Shown here: in pieces, positions 8,233 through 17,211 of the stretch
Layout: the number at the start of each line of letters is the position of its first letter
How positions within the stretch are numbered: position 1 is the first letter of the stretch
IMG/VR virus record: IMGVR_UViG_3300044537_000257
Location: 8,277-72,276 of that record
Direction: 5' to 3' (one strand)
Source of the DNA: a virus
Taxonomy: Duplodnaviria; Caudoviricetes
DNA: 64,000 nt
Position numbers and translations under genes: made by a program
Notes under the pieces: generated by a model
What the model was told of the DNA's origin: nothing
Seen by the model: the letters and a program-made list of their open reading frames with translations, nothing else
Database searches by the model: none

Positions 8233-8288
8233 GTTGGTACTAGAATCGGTAGTTGTACCACTTAAAACCTGCTAAATTAGTATTATAG

Positions 8289-8394
8289 ATAAGTTAGTTT
8301 AAGGATGTCGTTAACCAAAATCTAAAAAAATTCAGTTCAATCGCAAGTCTTAAACTGATTTATTGGGAGCGCCCAGTATTGGGCGTTCCTTTTT
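8289..8394 (+). ncRNA. Candidate late-leader structured RNA (copy 1)
   Basis: 16-bp stem (8289-8304/8348-8363) enclosing a 43-nt core identical to 50506-50548, then a terminator hairpin. Confidence 0.5.
8366..8394 (+). terminator. Intrinsic terminator-like hairpin
   Basis: GGAGCGCCCA-GTAT-TGGGCGTTCC followed by T5. Confidence 0.7.
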
Positions 8395-8536
8395 GCGTAC
8401 GTATGGCTACGTCTGTAGCACCGAGACAAAAATTTTCAGTGAATTAGAACATTGGTTGGCTGATAAGAAGAAACGTGAGCGTCGTGCTAAGAAGCATGGT
8501 GCTTTTAGTTTGGAGAAAAATAAGGAGGAATCAATT

Positions 8537-8806
8537 ATGGATTTTGGAGAAGCGCTTGAAGAATTAAAACGAGGTAATTGTGTTGCGCGTAAAGGTTGGA
8601 ACGGCAAAGGCATCTTCATTAAATTAAAAAAGGGAGAATCTTTGAACACTCCCAATAATCGTTTTAATGAGGTTATGACTCACGACTTCATTTATATTGA
8701 CACGACTGGGCTACGCACGAACAATCCGAATGCACCTATGGATCGAGTTCCATGGTTAGCTAGTCAAACTGACATGCTGGCTGATGACTGGGTCGTAGTC
8801 GAATAA
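8537..8806 (+). CDS. DUF2829-family protein (Tad2-like anti-defence sponge candidate)
   Basis: MDFGEALEELKRGNCVARKGWNGKG...PWLASQTDMLADDW; start reassigned to ATG 8537 after AAGGAGG. Confidence 0.8.
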   Translation: MDFGEALEELKRGNCVARKGWNGKGIFIKLKKGESLNTPNNRFNEVMTHDFIYIDTTGLRTNNPNAPMDRVPWLASQTDMLADDWVVVE

Positions 8807-8845
8807 CGATGACTAATTCCAATTAGACGGAGGTGTGGTGATTAT

Positions 8846-9640
8846 GTGATGACTAACGATAATCAGAAGAAAGCGGCTGTCGATTATGCTGCAGGGATGA
8901 AGTATAAGGATATTGCTGATAAGTATGGTGTATCGCTCAACACGGTTAAGTCGTGGCGCAAGCGTAATGGTTGGTCGCGTGGTGCACCACCGATTAAAAA
9001 GGGTACACCCAAAAACAGTGAGAGGGTGCACCCTAAAAACGTGCCAAAGATTATCGAAGAATCGAATGCTACTGAAAAACAAAAGCTATTTGCACTGTAT
9101 TATTTAGAACGATTCAACGGTACTTGGGCGTATATGAAGGCTTATAAAGTTGATGCGGACATAGCACGAGCAAGCGCCCCGCGATTGTTAGCAAATGTTA
9201 GCGTTAAGACTATGATTGATGAACTCAAGAAAGAACAAGCGGCTGAGTTGCACATGACACAGCTAGATGTTCTTGCTGAGGCAGCCAAGCAAGTTAAGGC
9301 AGATATTGGGGATTATATCGAATTCGGTAGTGCTGACGAACCACTGGTTGATAAGCGCGGTCATAAAATTATTGATTCGAAAACAGGCAAGCAAAAGACC
9401 GCACACTTATCGCATGTTAATTTGCGCAATCAATCCCAAGTTGACACGTCCCTCCTTAAATCGGTGCACATTGGTCGAGATGGCGTCGTTGTTGAAATGT
9501 ATGATAAACAAAAAGCAATGGAAATGTTACTGCGGAATCTGCCTGAAACGATTGTTGATGATGGCAACGACGATGGGTTTATGGATGCGATGGATAAATT
9601 AGGTGATAAGGTCTGGGGTGATGATGATGGTACAGACTAG
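8846..9640 (+). CDS. terS: Terminase small subunit
   Basis: N-terminal HTH ([18 protein letters not shown]), then [17 protein letters not shown]; precedes terL. Confidence 0.85.
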   Translation: MMTNDNQKKAAVDYAAGMKYKDIADKYGVSLNTVKSWRKRNGWSRGAPPIKKGTPKNSERVHPKNVPKIIEESNATEKQKLFALYYLERFNGTWAYMKAYKVDADIARASAPRLLANVSVKTMIDELKKEQAAELHMTQLDVLAEAAKQVKADIGDYIEFGSADEPLVDKRGHKIIDSKTGKQKTAHLSHVNLRNQSQVDTSLLKSVHIGRDGVVVEMYDKQKAMEMLLRNLPETIVDDGNDDGFMDAMDKLGDKVWGDDDGTD

Positions 9641-10910
9641 ACGACGCACAACTGTAACGTTTAAATTTGCACCCTTTTCGCGTAAACAGGCACAAGTCCT
9701 AACCTGGTGGCATCATCCCAAGACACGTAACTATAAGGCAATTGTCTGCGATGGTAGCGTTCGTGCTGGTAAGACGGTGATCATGTCACTTTCTTATGTG
9801 ATGTGGTCAATGCAAGCTTATAATGGACAACAATTTGGCATGGCCGGTAAAACGATTGGATCATTTCGGCGTAATGTCTTTAGACCACTTAAACAGATGC
9901 TGATAGGCCGCCATTATCAAGTGATTGAGCACCGAACAGACAATATGTTTGAGGTTCGTAAGGGTAATAAAGCCAATTATTACTTTTATTTTGGCGGTAA
10001 AGATGAAGCATCCCAGGACCTTGTCCAAGGTGTTACACTTGCTGGCTTCTTTTTTGACGAAGTTGCGTTAATGCCCCAGTCATTTGTTAATCAGGCTACA
10101 GCACGTTGTTCTGTTGATGGCGCCAAGCTTTGGTTTAACTGCAACCCAGAGGGCCCTTACCATTGGTTTAAAGTTGACTGGCTAGACAAACTGGCTAAAA
10201 AGCATGCATTGCATATTCATTTTACTATGGATGATAATCCATCCCTGTCGGACGAACGACGCGAGTATTATAGATCAATGTATACTGGCATTTTCTATTC
10301 ACGCTTTATTTTAGGCCAATGGGTTTTATCTGATGGTATTGTTTACGATAACTTTGATAAGTCTAAAATGATTGTTCCAGGGCAACCCAGTCCAATAACT
10401 AAATACTATGTGTCATGTGATTACGGCACACAAAACCCCACGGTATTCTTGCTGTGGGGTCTTTGTGCTGGCACATGGTACTGTTTAAAGGAGTATTACT
10501 ATGATGGGCGCCATAGTACGCGGCAAAAGACTGATGATGAGTATGCAAGCGATTTGGACAATTTTGTTGGTGATATCCGTGCCAAGATAATCATTGATCC
10601 GTCTGCAGCATCATTTATCGCTAAGCTACGCTCTAAAGGCTATCAGATCATTAAGGCTGACAATGATGTTCTTAATGGTATCCGTGAGACGCAGACGGCG
10701 ATGAACCTTGGCAAAATTAAGTTTGTTGATGGTTTAAACAGCCTATTTAAGGAATTTGCATCATACGTATGGGATGAAAAGGCGTCTCAGCGTGGTGAGG
10801 ATAAAGTTGTGAAGGAGCATGATCATGCTATGGACGCCATGCGTTATTTTGTGATGCAAGTTATTAAACAGCGCAATAAGGCACGATTGATCAAGAATAC
10901 GTACTATTAG
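9603..10910 (+). CDS. terL: Terminase large subunit (PBSX/XtmB-like; true start probably ATG 9621-9627)
   Basis: DGSVRAGKT Walker A, FDEVALM Walker B, CDYG and DHAMDAMRY nuclease motifs. Confidence 0.95.
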   Translation: MIRSGVMMMVQTRRRTTVTFKFAPFSRKQAQVLTWWHHPKTRNYKAIVCDGSVRAGKTVIMSLSYVMWSMQAYNGQQFGMAGKTIGSFRRNVFRPLKQMLIGRHYQVIEHRTDNMFEVRKGNKANYYFYFGGKDEASQDLVQGVTLAGFFFDEVALMPQSFVNQATARCSVDGAKLWFNCNPEGPYHWFKVDWLDKLAKKHALHIHFTMDDNPSLSDERREYYRSMYTGIFYSRFILGQWVLSDGIVYDNFDKSKMIVPGQPSPITKYYVSCDYGTQNPTVFLLWGLCAGTWYCLKEYYYDGRHSTRQKTDDEYASDLDNFVGDIRAKIIIDPSAASFIAKLRSKGYQIIKADNDVLNGIRETQTAMNLGKIKFVDGLNSLFKEFASYVWDEKASQRGEDKVVKEHDHAMDAMRYFVMQVIKQRNKARLIKNTYY

Positions 10911-10921
10911 GAGGTGTTATT

Positions 10922-12352
10922 ATCCAAATTACAGGTACAGTACAAGGGGCTGGCTCAGTTGATGAGCGCGGACTATTCTTTTATCCAGCGGAAGTCGATT
11001 TAACCGAACAGGATTTAAAGAACTTTATTGATTTTCACAATGGCAGTATGACCAAAGAATACAAAACGAATTATAAATTTTACTCCGGCAATCATGATGT
11101 GTTACACGCAAAGCCACGTGGCGGCAACCGCCCAGACAACCATATTGTTTATAATCTATGTAACTACGCCGTTGATTCGTTCAATGGCTATTTTATTGGC
11201 ATCCCGCCTAAAATTGGATTCGACGATCAAAAGGCTAACGCTGAGTTGCAAAGCTGGCAGGACTTAAATTCGTTTCAGGATCAGCTATCTGAACTGAGTA
11301 AGCAAGCGGATATTTATGGACGTTCTTATTTGCTCGCTTATCAAGATGAGGATAGCCAGACACGGGTAGCAGTTGTCAACCCACAGCAGGCGTTTATGAT
11401 TTACGATGACTCAATCCAGCACAAACGGATCGCGTTCGTACGTTATTGGTTTAATGACGATCAGCAGGTGCAAGGTGATATCTACTTTAAAGATCAGTCA
11501 TATCATTTTGGCAATGATGGTCATTTTGGCGATGAGACACCTAATCTGTTTCATATGGTACCAGCGATTGAATTTGTCGAAAATGAGGATCGCCTTGGTA
11601 TCGTAGGACAAATTGAATCGTTGAATGATGCGCTTGATCGGGCCATGAGTCAAAAGGCTAATCAGAATGAATACTTTGACAATGCCTATATGCTTATCCG
11701 CGGTATGCAATTGCCGGAAGACGAAGAAACAGGCTTACCAAAGCTTAATTTAGATGGCAACCAGATTATTTATGCGCCAGATGCAACAGACGGGGATGCG
11801 AGTTTCCTGACTAAGCCCGATGGCGATCAGATGCAAGAAAATCACATTAATCGATTGATTGATTCCATTTTTCAGGTGGCTAAGGTTGCCAACTTGAAAG
11901 ATGAGTCGTTTGCCGGCGATAGTTCTGGTATCGCGATCAAGTACAAACTGCTGCCGATGCAGAACGCGGCTGTTAATAAAGAGCGCAAGTTTACGCAAGC
12001 GTTACGACAGTTTTATGAGATCGTCTTTGCTATCGCGTCTCCACAGCTCAACATTAAAGACTTATCCTTTAAATTTACCCGAAACTTACCCGTCAATTTA
12101 GCCGACGAAGCAGATACTGCTGGTAAACTAGCCGGCATTGTTAGCCAAGAAACGCAGCTTAAAACTTTATCAGTTGTTGATGATCCACAAGCTGAGATTA
12201 AAAAAATGGATAAGGAAAATCAAGCTAAAGTAAAAGCGGCTATGTCAGCCAGCCTGACCGACTATGAAGGGAGCAAATCAGATGAGCAAGAAAAGCAAGT
12301 TGACAGCAATCAGCGACAAGCACCAAGAAAAGGGTCGAGCACTGACCGTTGA
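10922..12352 (+). CDS. Portal protein (SPP1 gp6-like), probable non-AUG start
   Basis: SPP1-portal features; open frame extends 42 codons upstream of ATG 11048 to ATC just after AGGAGGTG. Confidence 0.92.
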   Translation: MQITGTVQGAGSVDERGLFFYPAEVDLTEQDLKNFIDFHNGSMTKEYKTNYKFYSGNHDVLHAKPRGGNRPDNHIVYNLCNYAVDSFNGYFIGIPPKIGFDDQKANAELQSWQDLNSFQDQLSELSKQADIYGRSYLLAYQDEDSQTRVAVVNPQQAFMIYDDSIQHKRIAFVRYWFNDDQQVQGDIYFKDQSYHFGNDGHFGDETPNLFHMVPAIEFVENEDRLGIVGQIESLNDALDRAMSQKANQNEYFDNAYMLIRGMQLPEDEETGLPKLNLDGNQIIYAPDATDGDASFLTKPDGDQMQENHINRLIDSIFQVAKVANLKDESFAGDSSGIAIKYKLLPMQNAAVNKERKFTQALRQFYEIVFAIASPQLNIKDLSFKFTRNLPVNLADEADTAGKLAGIVSQETQLKTLSVVDDPQAEIKKMDKENQAKVKAAMSASLTDYEGSKSDEQEKQVDSNQRQAPRKGSSTDR

Positions 12353-12551
12353 TGATGTGATCAGTGATCTGATCCAGGCCAGAAATGATGGCCACCTAGA
12401 AGGAATTGCCGTTGTCTGTCAATATGTTAATGGTGATGATAATACCGTTAGTTTTGGCGGGTGGGCAACTAATGCCGACTCTAAGATCACTACTTTTAGC
12501 CTGATGGGTGGTGTCTCGCAGGCATTACATGACATTGCAGGAAGTAACTAA
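12282..12551 (+). CDS. Hypothetical protein between portal and MuF (absent in prophage 2)
   Basis: ATG 12282 after GAAGGGAG; overlaps the portal end; stop 2 nt before MuF. Confidence 0.65.
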   Translation: MSKKSKLTAISDKHQEKGRALTVDDVISDLIQARNDGHLEGIAVVCQYVNGDDNTVSFGGWATNADSKITTFSLMGGVSQALHDIAGSN

Positions 12552-12553
12552 TT

Positions 12554-14269
12554 ATGGCACGTAGCTACTGGGAAGAACGCGAGCATCAAGAACAGAGCTG
12601 GATAAGCCGCAATATGCGTAATGATGCCGATTTAAATAAACAATTGCAACAAATGTATGCTGACTCACTAAACGATATTAACAGTCAAATTGATCAGTTT
12701 TATATGCGTTATGCCGGTGCTAACGGCATAACAAAGCAAGAAGCAATGAAGCGTGTGGCTGCTGAGGATGTGCAAGCTTTTAGTAAGAAAGCCAAGAAGC
12801 TTGTAGCATTTAAAGACTTTTCCAAGGAAGCTAACGAGCAGCTCAAGCTTTACAATGCTACTATGCGGATCAACCGACTTGAAATGCTTAAGTCTCAAGT
12901 TGGCGAACAGCTGATTGCACTTGGAAATGAGCAGCAAGCTGTTCTACAGAAAAAGTTTACCGCTGATTATTTGGACGAGATCAAGCGACAAGCTGGGATT
13001 CTTGGGCAAGACCGCAATGAAGATTTAGTCGGCCGAGTTAATGCAGTCGTTAATGGGTCATGGCAAAAAGCAACTTGGTCTAGCCGTTTATGGGACAGTA
13101 TGGCTGAATTACAAGCAACGATCGGTATTCAACTTAATCGTTTTATGGTGCAAGGACTAAATCCACGTGTTATTGCACGGCAGTTAAAGCCACTACTTAG
13201 TGAGACGGTACAGAACCGTACCGCCATTGCCGAGCGATTGGCAAGAACAGAGTCGGCTAGGGTGCAGGACGCTGCCAGCATGGCTATGTTTAAAAAGTAC
13301 GGCGTTAAACAAGTCAAATGGGTTGCTGAGCCTAGCGCTTGTAAGCAATGCCGTGATATCTCTAGTTATAACCATGGCATTTATCAGCTTGATGATGTAC
13401 CGATGATTCCAGCGCATCCGAATTGCCGTTGTGCTAAAGCAGCATACACAGCCAATGTTGATTTAACTGGCGAAAAGTCAGAAAGTAATGAACTTGTTAA
13501 TGAGTTAAAGCAATCAAATTTATTTGATATGTATGGGAAAACACTGGGGAATAAAGCTGTTGATAAATTAGCAGGAGCACCGGATATTATTAAAAGACAG
13601 TATGAAACTCAAGGTAAGAACCTTTACTACACTACTAAAGATGCAAGTAAGCCGTGGACTAATGCAAACGGCATTCATATGACTTCTAAGCAATTTACTG
13701 CTGAACACCAAGAAGAAATGCAGCAGTTCTTCCATGAAACGGCGCATTATTTGGATTCAAAACCGTCTAAAATTGGAGCTTTACAGCCAAGTAGAACGGT
13801 TGAATTAAAAGAAACGCTACAAAACGATTTTCATAAATACGTTTATGGTGATTTACCAACTCTGGAAGGATTAGGCAAACGGCCAAGAAAAAATTCAAAG
13901 AATTATGCAGAATGGGTACAGAAAAAGGATGATTGGTATTCTGCTACACAAGAAGCTGAAAAAGCATTTGAGTTTAAAATTGCTGAATGGAAAAAACTGG
14001 ATTCTAAAATTACATCTGATTTATCAGACATGATTGAAGCGGTGGATCCAATTAAATATAACAAGCCAATGAAATCTGGTCATGGGTATTCTTATTGGCA
14101 GACAGCCGGAAATCAAGAAATGGAATTTTTTGCTGAATTGAGTTCTGAGCTAGTGGCAAACCCAGAAGCGCTTAAGCTTACTAAAGAAGTTTTCCCGAAC
14201 GCAGTTAAAAAGTATGAAGAGATTGCAGCAAAAATTATTTCTAGAACCGATTTAAAACACGTTGATTGA
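12554..14269 (+). CDS. Minor head protein (SPP1 gp7/MuF) with C-terminal HExxH metallopeptidase-like extension
   Basis: ERLARTESARV...C..C...P.HPNCRC MuF core to ~aa 300; then FHETAHYLD...GHGYSYW...EFFAE. Confidence 0.88.
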   Translation: MARSYWEEREHQEQSWISRNMRNDADLNKQLQQMYADSLNDINSQIDQFYMRYAGANGITKQEAMKRVAAEDVQAFSKKAKKLVAFKDFSKEANEQLKLYNATMRINRLEMLKSQVGEQLIALGNEQQAVLQKKFTADYLDEIKRQAGILGQDRNEDLVGRVNAVVNGSWQKATWSSRLWDSMAELQATIGIQLNRFMVQGLNPRVIARQLKPLLSETVQNRTAIAERLARTESARVQDAASMAMFKKYGVKQVKWVAEPSACKQCRDISSYNHGIYQLDDVPMIPAHPNCRCAKAAYTANVDLTGEKSESNELVNELKQSNLFDMYGKTLGNKAVDKLAGAPDIIKRQYETQGKNLYYTTKDASKPWTNANGIHMTSKQFTAEHQEEMQQFFHETAHYLDSKPSKIGALQPSRTVELKETLQNDFHKYVYGDLPTLEGLGKRPRKNSKNYAEWVQKKDDWYSATQEAEKAFEFKIAEWKKLDSKITSDLSDMIEAVDPIKYNKPMKSGHGYSYWQTAGNQEMEFFAELSSELVANPEALKLTKEVFPNAVKKYEEIAAKIISRTDLKHVD

Positions 14270-14373
14270 TCGAGCGATGAAGTTCATCGCTATTTTTACG
14301 CCCTTTTTCCCGTGCTGCAGGGCTAAAAGAACGACCGGAGATTGTCTCCCTAGACGTTAAACTGGAGGGCCTT

Positions 14374-14982
14374 ATGGCAGATGTAGTAGACGAAAAGAAG
14401 GATCAAGTCCAAAAGCCAGCTGAAAATGAAGAAAATAACAATGAATCCACTGAAAATACTGATAATGCGCAGTCAGATGATAACAAAGCGGATAAAATTG
14501 TTGAAAAACTTCAAAAGCGGATTGGCGAAGAACAAGCTAAGAAAAATGAGTATAAGGATCAACTTGATGATGCGTTAAAACGAATTGCCAGATTAGAAAA
14601 GGGTGAAGACCCTGACAAACCAGCACCAAAGGACGAAAAAGATGAACGAATTGCGGCCCTTGAAGCACAGATCAAGCGTCGTGATATCACTGAACAAGCC
14701 CGAGATGTGCTAGTCAGCAGTGGGATGAACGTGCCATCTGATGTGTTAGACCGGCTGGTGTCGGATGACAACAAGGCAACGCTGGCCAACGTTAAATCTT
14801 TTGTGACTTATATCCAATTGGTGCGTGAAGATGCACGCAAAGAACTCTTAGCTGGAACCACGCCGAAGGATGCACCAACCGGCGGTACCACGAAGAAGTT
14901 AAAGGATATGTCTTTAGCTGAGCGTAGTCAGTTAGCATCCGAGGATATGACGCTTTATCAACAATTGCGCCAACAAAAATAG
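14374..14982 (+). CDS. Capsid scaffold protein (DUF4355-like)
   Basis: Acidic coiled-coil protein before MCP; ends LAGTTPK... Confidence 0.85.
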   Translation: MADVVDEKKDQVQKPAENEENNNESTENTDNAQSDDNKADKIVEKLQKRIGEEQAKKNEYKDQLDDALKRIARLEKGEDPDKPAPKDEKDERIAALEAQIKRRDITEQARDVLVSSGMNVPSDVLDRLVSDDNKATLANVKSFVTYIQLVREDARKELLAGTTPKDAPTGGTTKKLKDMSLAERSQLASEDMTLYQQLRQQK

Positions 14983-14998
14983 AAAGAAGGAAACTTAA

Positions 14999-16012
14999 AT
15001 GCCAGAATTTACTGGAGCAACCGACAAATCGAAATTAATTGAACCCGTCGTATTTGCTGATTATATTATCGAAAAATCTACCGCCACTAATCGCTTATTA
15101 ACTAGTGGTATTTTAACCAACGACCCATTGATTCAAGCACAATTATTACAAGGTGGAACGTTTATTACGATTCCCGCTATGATGCCACTCGGCGCCGATG
15201 TCCAAACGTGGAATGACAGCAAAGATATTGCAGTTAACGACTTGACGACTGAAAGCTCTAACGCAATTAAGATGTACCAAGCACAGGCTTTCGGCTACAC
15301 TGATTTCGGTGCGTTAACGACGGGATCACCGGTGGCAGAAGCCATCGCTGGACAGTTCAGTACCTACTGGAACATTCAAGATAACAAGTTGATCATTGCC
15401 GTATTAGCTAACGCATTTAAAAATGCTGATTTACTAACGGCTAAATCCTATGGTACAGCAACACCTGTTGAATTAAAGGCTGGCGATTTCTTGGCTGCAA
15501 TCTCGCGTATGGGAGATGTAGCGTCACCGACATTAGTTAAATTAATCGTTAACTCAGCAACTTTAGGTGCAATGCGTGAGCAGAACTTGATCGATGATAT
15601 TCAACCATCTACAGGTGGTGCGCCAATTTCGACTTACAACAACATGCAAATTATTACCGATGATGCAATTCCGCTGGCAGATGATGGCACAACTGATGCT
15701 TATATTACCGCTAACGGCGCAATTGCCTATGGCTTAGCGTCACCAGCTAATGCAGTTGAAACAAAACGTGATGCGCTAGGTAATGGCGGTCAAAACGCAG
15801 TCATCAACCGCCGTGTATTGTCCATGCAAGTTAAAGGGACCGGCTTTACGGATACAACTAAAGCAGCAAACGTTGGTATCAACACTTATAATGAATCTTC
15901 CACGTCATTATTTAGCATTGTCGGTGATCCACGGAATATTGGGGTTGTCGATTATCGCTTTAAAATTGATCCTAAGTTTGTAGTTGGTGGCATCAACAGC
16001 CCAAAAGCGTAA
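14999..16012 (+). CDS. Major capsid protein
   Basis: 337 aa after scaffold; near-identical copy at 55353. Confidence 0.9.
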   Translation: MPEFTGATDKSKLIEPVVFADYIIEKSTATNRLLTSGILTNDPLIQAQLLQGGTFITIPAMMPLGADVQTWNDSKDIAVNDLTTESSNAIKMYQAQAFGYTDFGALTTGSPVAEAIAGQFSTYWNIQDNKLIIAVLANAFKNADLLTAKSYGTATPVELKAGDFLAAISRMGDVASPTLVKLIVNSATLGAMREQNLIDDIQPSTGGAPISTYNNMQIITDDAIPLADDGTTDAYITANGAIAYGLASPANAVETKRDALGNGGQNAVINRRVLSMQVKGTGFTDTTKAANVGINTYNESSTSLFSIVGDPRNIGVVDYRFKIDPKFVVGGINSPKA

Positions 16013-16179
16013 CGCCACCGGCTGATGGTGGCGCCACAAACTTTGATCCAGCCGGAGAAACAAAACCGACTGACGCTAATACTGTCGCTGAGATTACCGC
16101 CTGGTTAGACGCTCATGGTATTGATCATACGGGTAAGACGACTAAGGCGGATTTACTAGCCCTAGTGCCAGCTAAATAG
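16000..16179 (+). other. -1 frameshift signal and capsid C-terminal extension
   Basis: C CCA AAA (16000-16006), hairpin CGCCACC/GGTGGCG 6 nt downstream; the -1 frame is open for 57 codons (TVAEITAWLDAHGIDHTGKTTKADLLALV). Confidence 0.8.
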
Positions 16180-16190
16180 GTGGTGATTGC

Positions 16191-16556
16191 ATGGATTATG
16201 TAACTGAGATTAGACCGTTATTAATGCTTGATGATGCGGTGTTTAACGCTCAAGAAGAGACTATCAATAAGATCACATCTAACTCGGCAGCACGATTATT
16301 GATTAAGCTCAAGGGGGTCGCAAAAGCGGTACCTGATGAACTTGGTTACATTGTACTAGAAGTATCCATTAAGCGATTTAACCGGCTTAAAAACGAGGGC
16401 ATGGCGTCCTATGGTCAAGAGGGCGAATCGATCACTTATAGTGATGATGACTTTGCCGAATTTGCCGATGACATTGCTGACTGGATCAATGCTAACGATG
16501 ATCAGCGCAATAAGTCTGGTGTTCGTTTTATCAGTGGATACGGGGGTGGTAGCTGA
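16191..16556 (+). CDS. Head-tail connector (SPP1 gp15-like)
   Basis: IVLEVSIKRFNRLKNEGMASYGQEGESITY motif. Confidence 0.88.
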   Translation: MDYVTEIRPLLMLDDAVFNAQEETINKITSNSAARLLIKLKGVAKAVPDELGYIVLEVSIKRFNRLKNEGMASYGQEGESITYSDDDFAEFADDIADWINANDDQRNKSGVRFISGYGGGS

Positions 16557-16870
16557 TGCGCTACGACGCACTAGTCACCTTTGTCCATGAAGGTGCCGGC
16601 AACGTTTATAATCCGGTCACAGGCGAGTATGACGAAGATAAAACTTCATTTACCCGTTTGGCTAATGTGACTGATGTGGGTACTAGCCGCGCTATGGAGC
16701 TGTTTGGCGATCTGGACACGTCCAACAAAGTTTTGCGCTTTGCTAACGGCGTAAAGTTGGCTGATTGGACGTATTTAACACTACCTGACAGTGATGCGCA
16801 TTATGTAAAAGTAACGACACGGAAGCCACTTAAAAGCAATACTTTGATTGTAGGTGAGAGTCATGGCTAA
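16556..16870 (+). CDS. Head closure / stopper protein
   Basis: MRYD...YNPVTGEY; position after connector. Confidence 0.75.
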   Translation: MRYDALVTFVHEGAGNVYNPVTGEYDEDKTSFTRLANVTDVGTSRAMELFGDLDTSNKVLRFANGVKLADWTYLTLPDSDAHYVKVTTRKPLKSNTLIVGESHG

Positions 16871-17210
16871 GATGAAAATTTTAGGCTCAAAGGAATTAGC
16901 ACGTGGGCTTGAAAAGCGGATTGGCATGGACGGCATTAAAAAGCTGGTCACAGCTAAAACGACACAGCTACACGGTGTCGCCGTGCAAAAAGCACAGTAC
17001 ACCAAAGGCTACTCCACAGGTGCAACACGCCGCTCGATAGGCATGCAGATCTATGACGGTGGTTTGACGGGTGAAGTTGGTATGGGGAAAGATTATGATC
17101 CGTATCTTGAAAAAGGAACTCGGTTTATGGAAGCTCAGCCGGCACTAAAACCAGCTTATAATCAAGTTAAAGGTGCTTATATTCGGGAAATCCGTAACAT
17201 TATGAAGTGA
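16863..17210 (+). CDS. HK97 gp10-like tail component
   Basis: TGATRRSI...Y.PYLEKGTRFMEAQPALKPA. Confidence 0.85.
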   Translation: MAKMKILGSKELARGLEKRIGMDGIKKLVTAKTTQLHGVAVQKAQYTKGYSTGATRRSIGMQIYDGGLTGEVGMGKDYDPYLEKGTRFMEAQPALKPAYNQVKGAYIREIRNIMK

Positions 17211-17211
17211 G

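Noticed and set aside
8305-8325. Mini-ORF MSLTKI* inside the conserved 43-nt core
   Set aside because: AAGG abuts the ATG with no spacing, and identity extends beyond the stop; a leader peptide is not excluded but is unsupported
8363-8536. 58-codon N-terminal extension of the DUF2829 ORF in the track
   Set aside because: Start lies inside the terminator hairpin; a strong SD precedes ATG 8537
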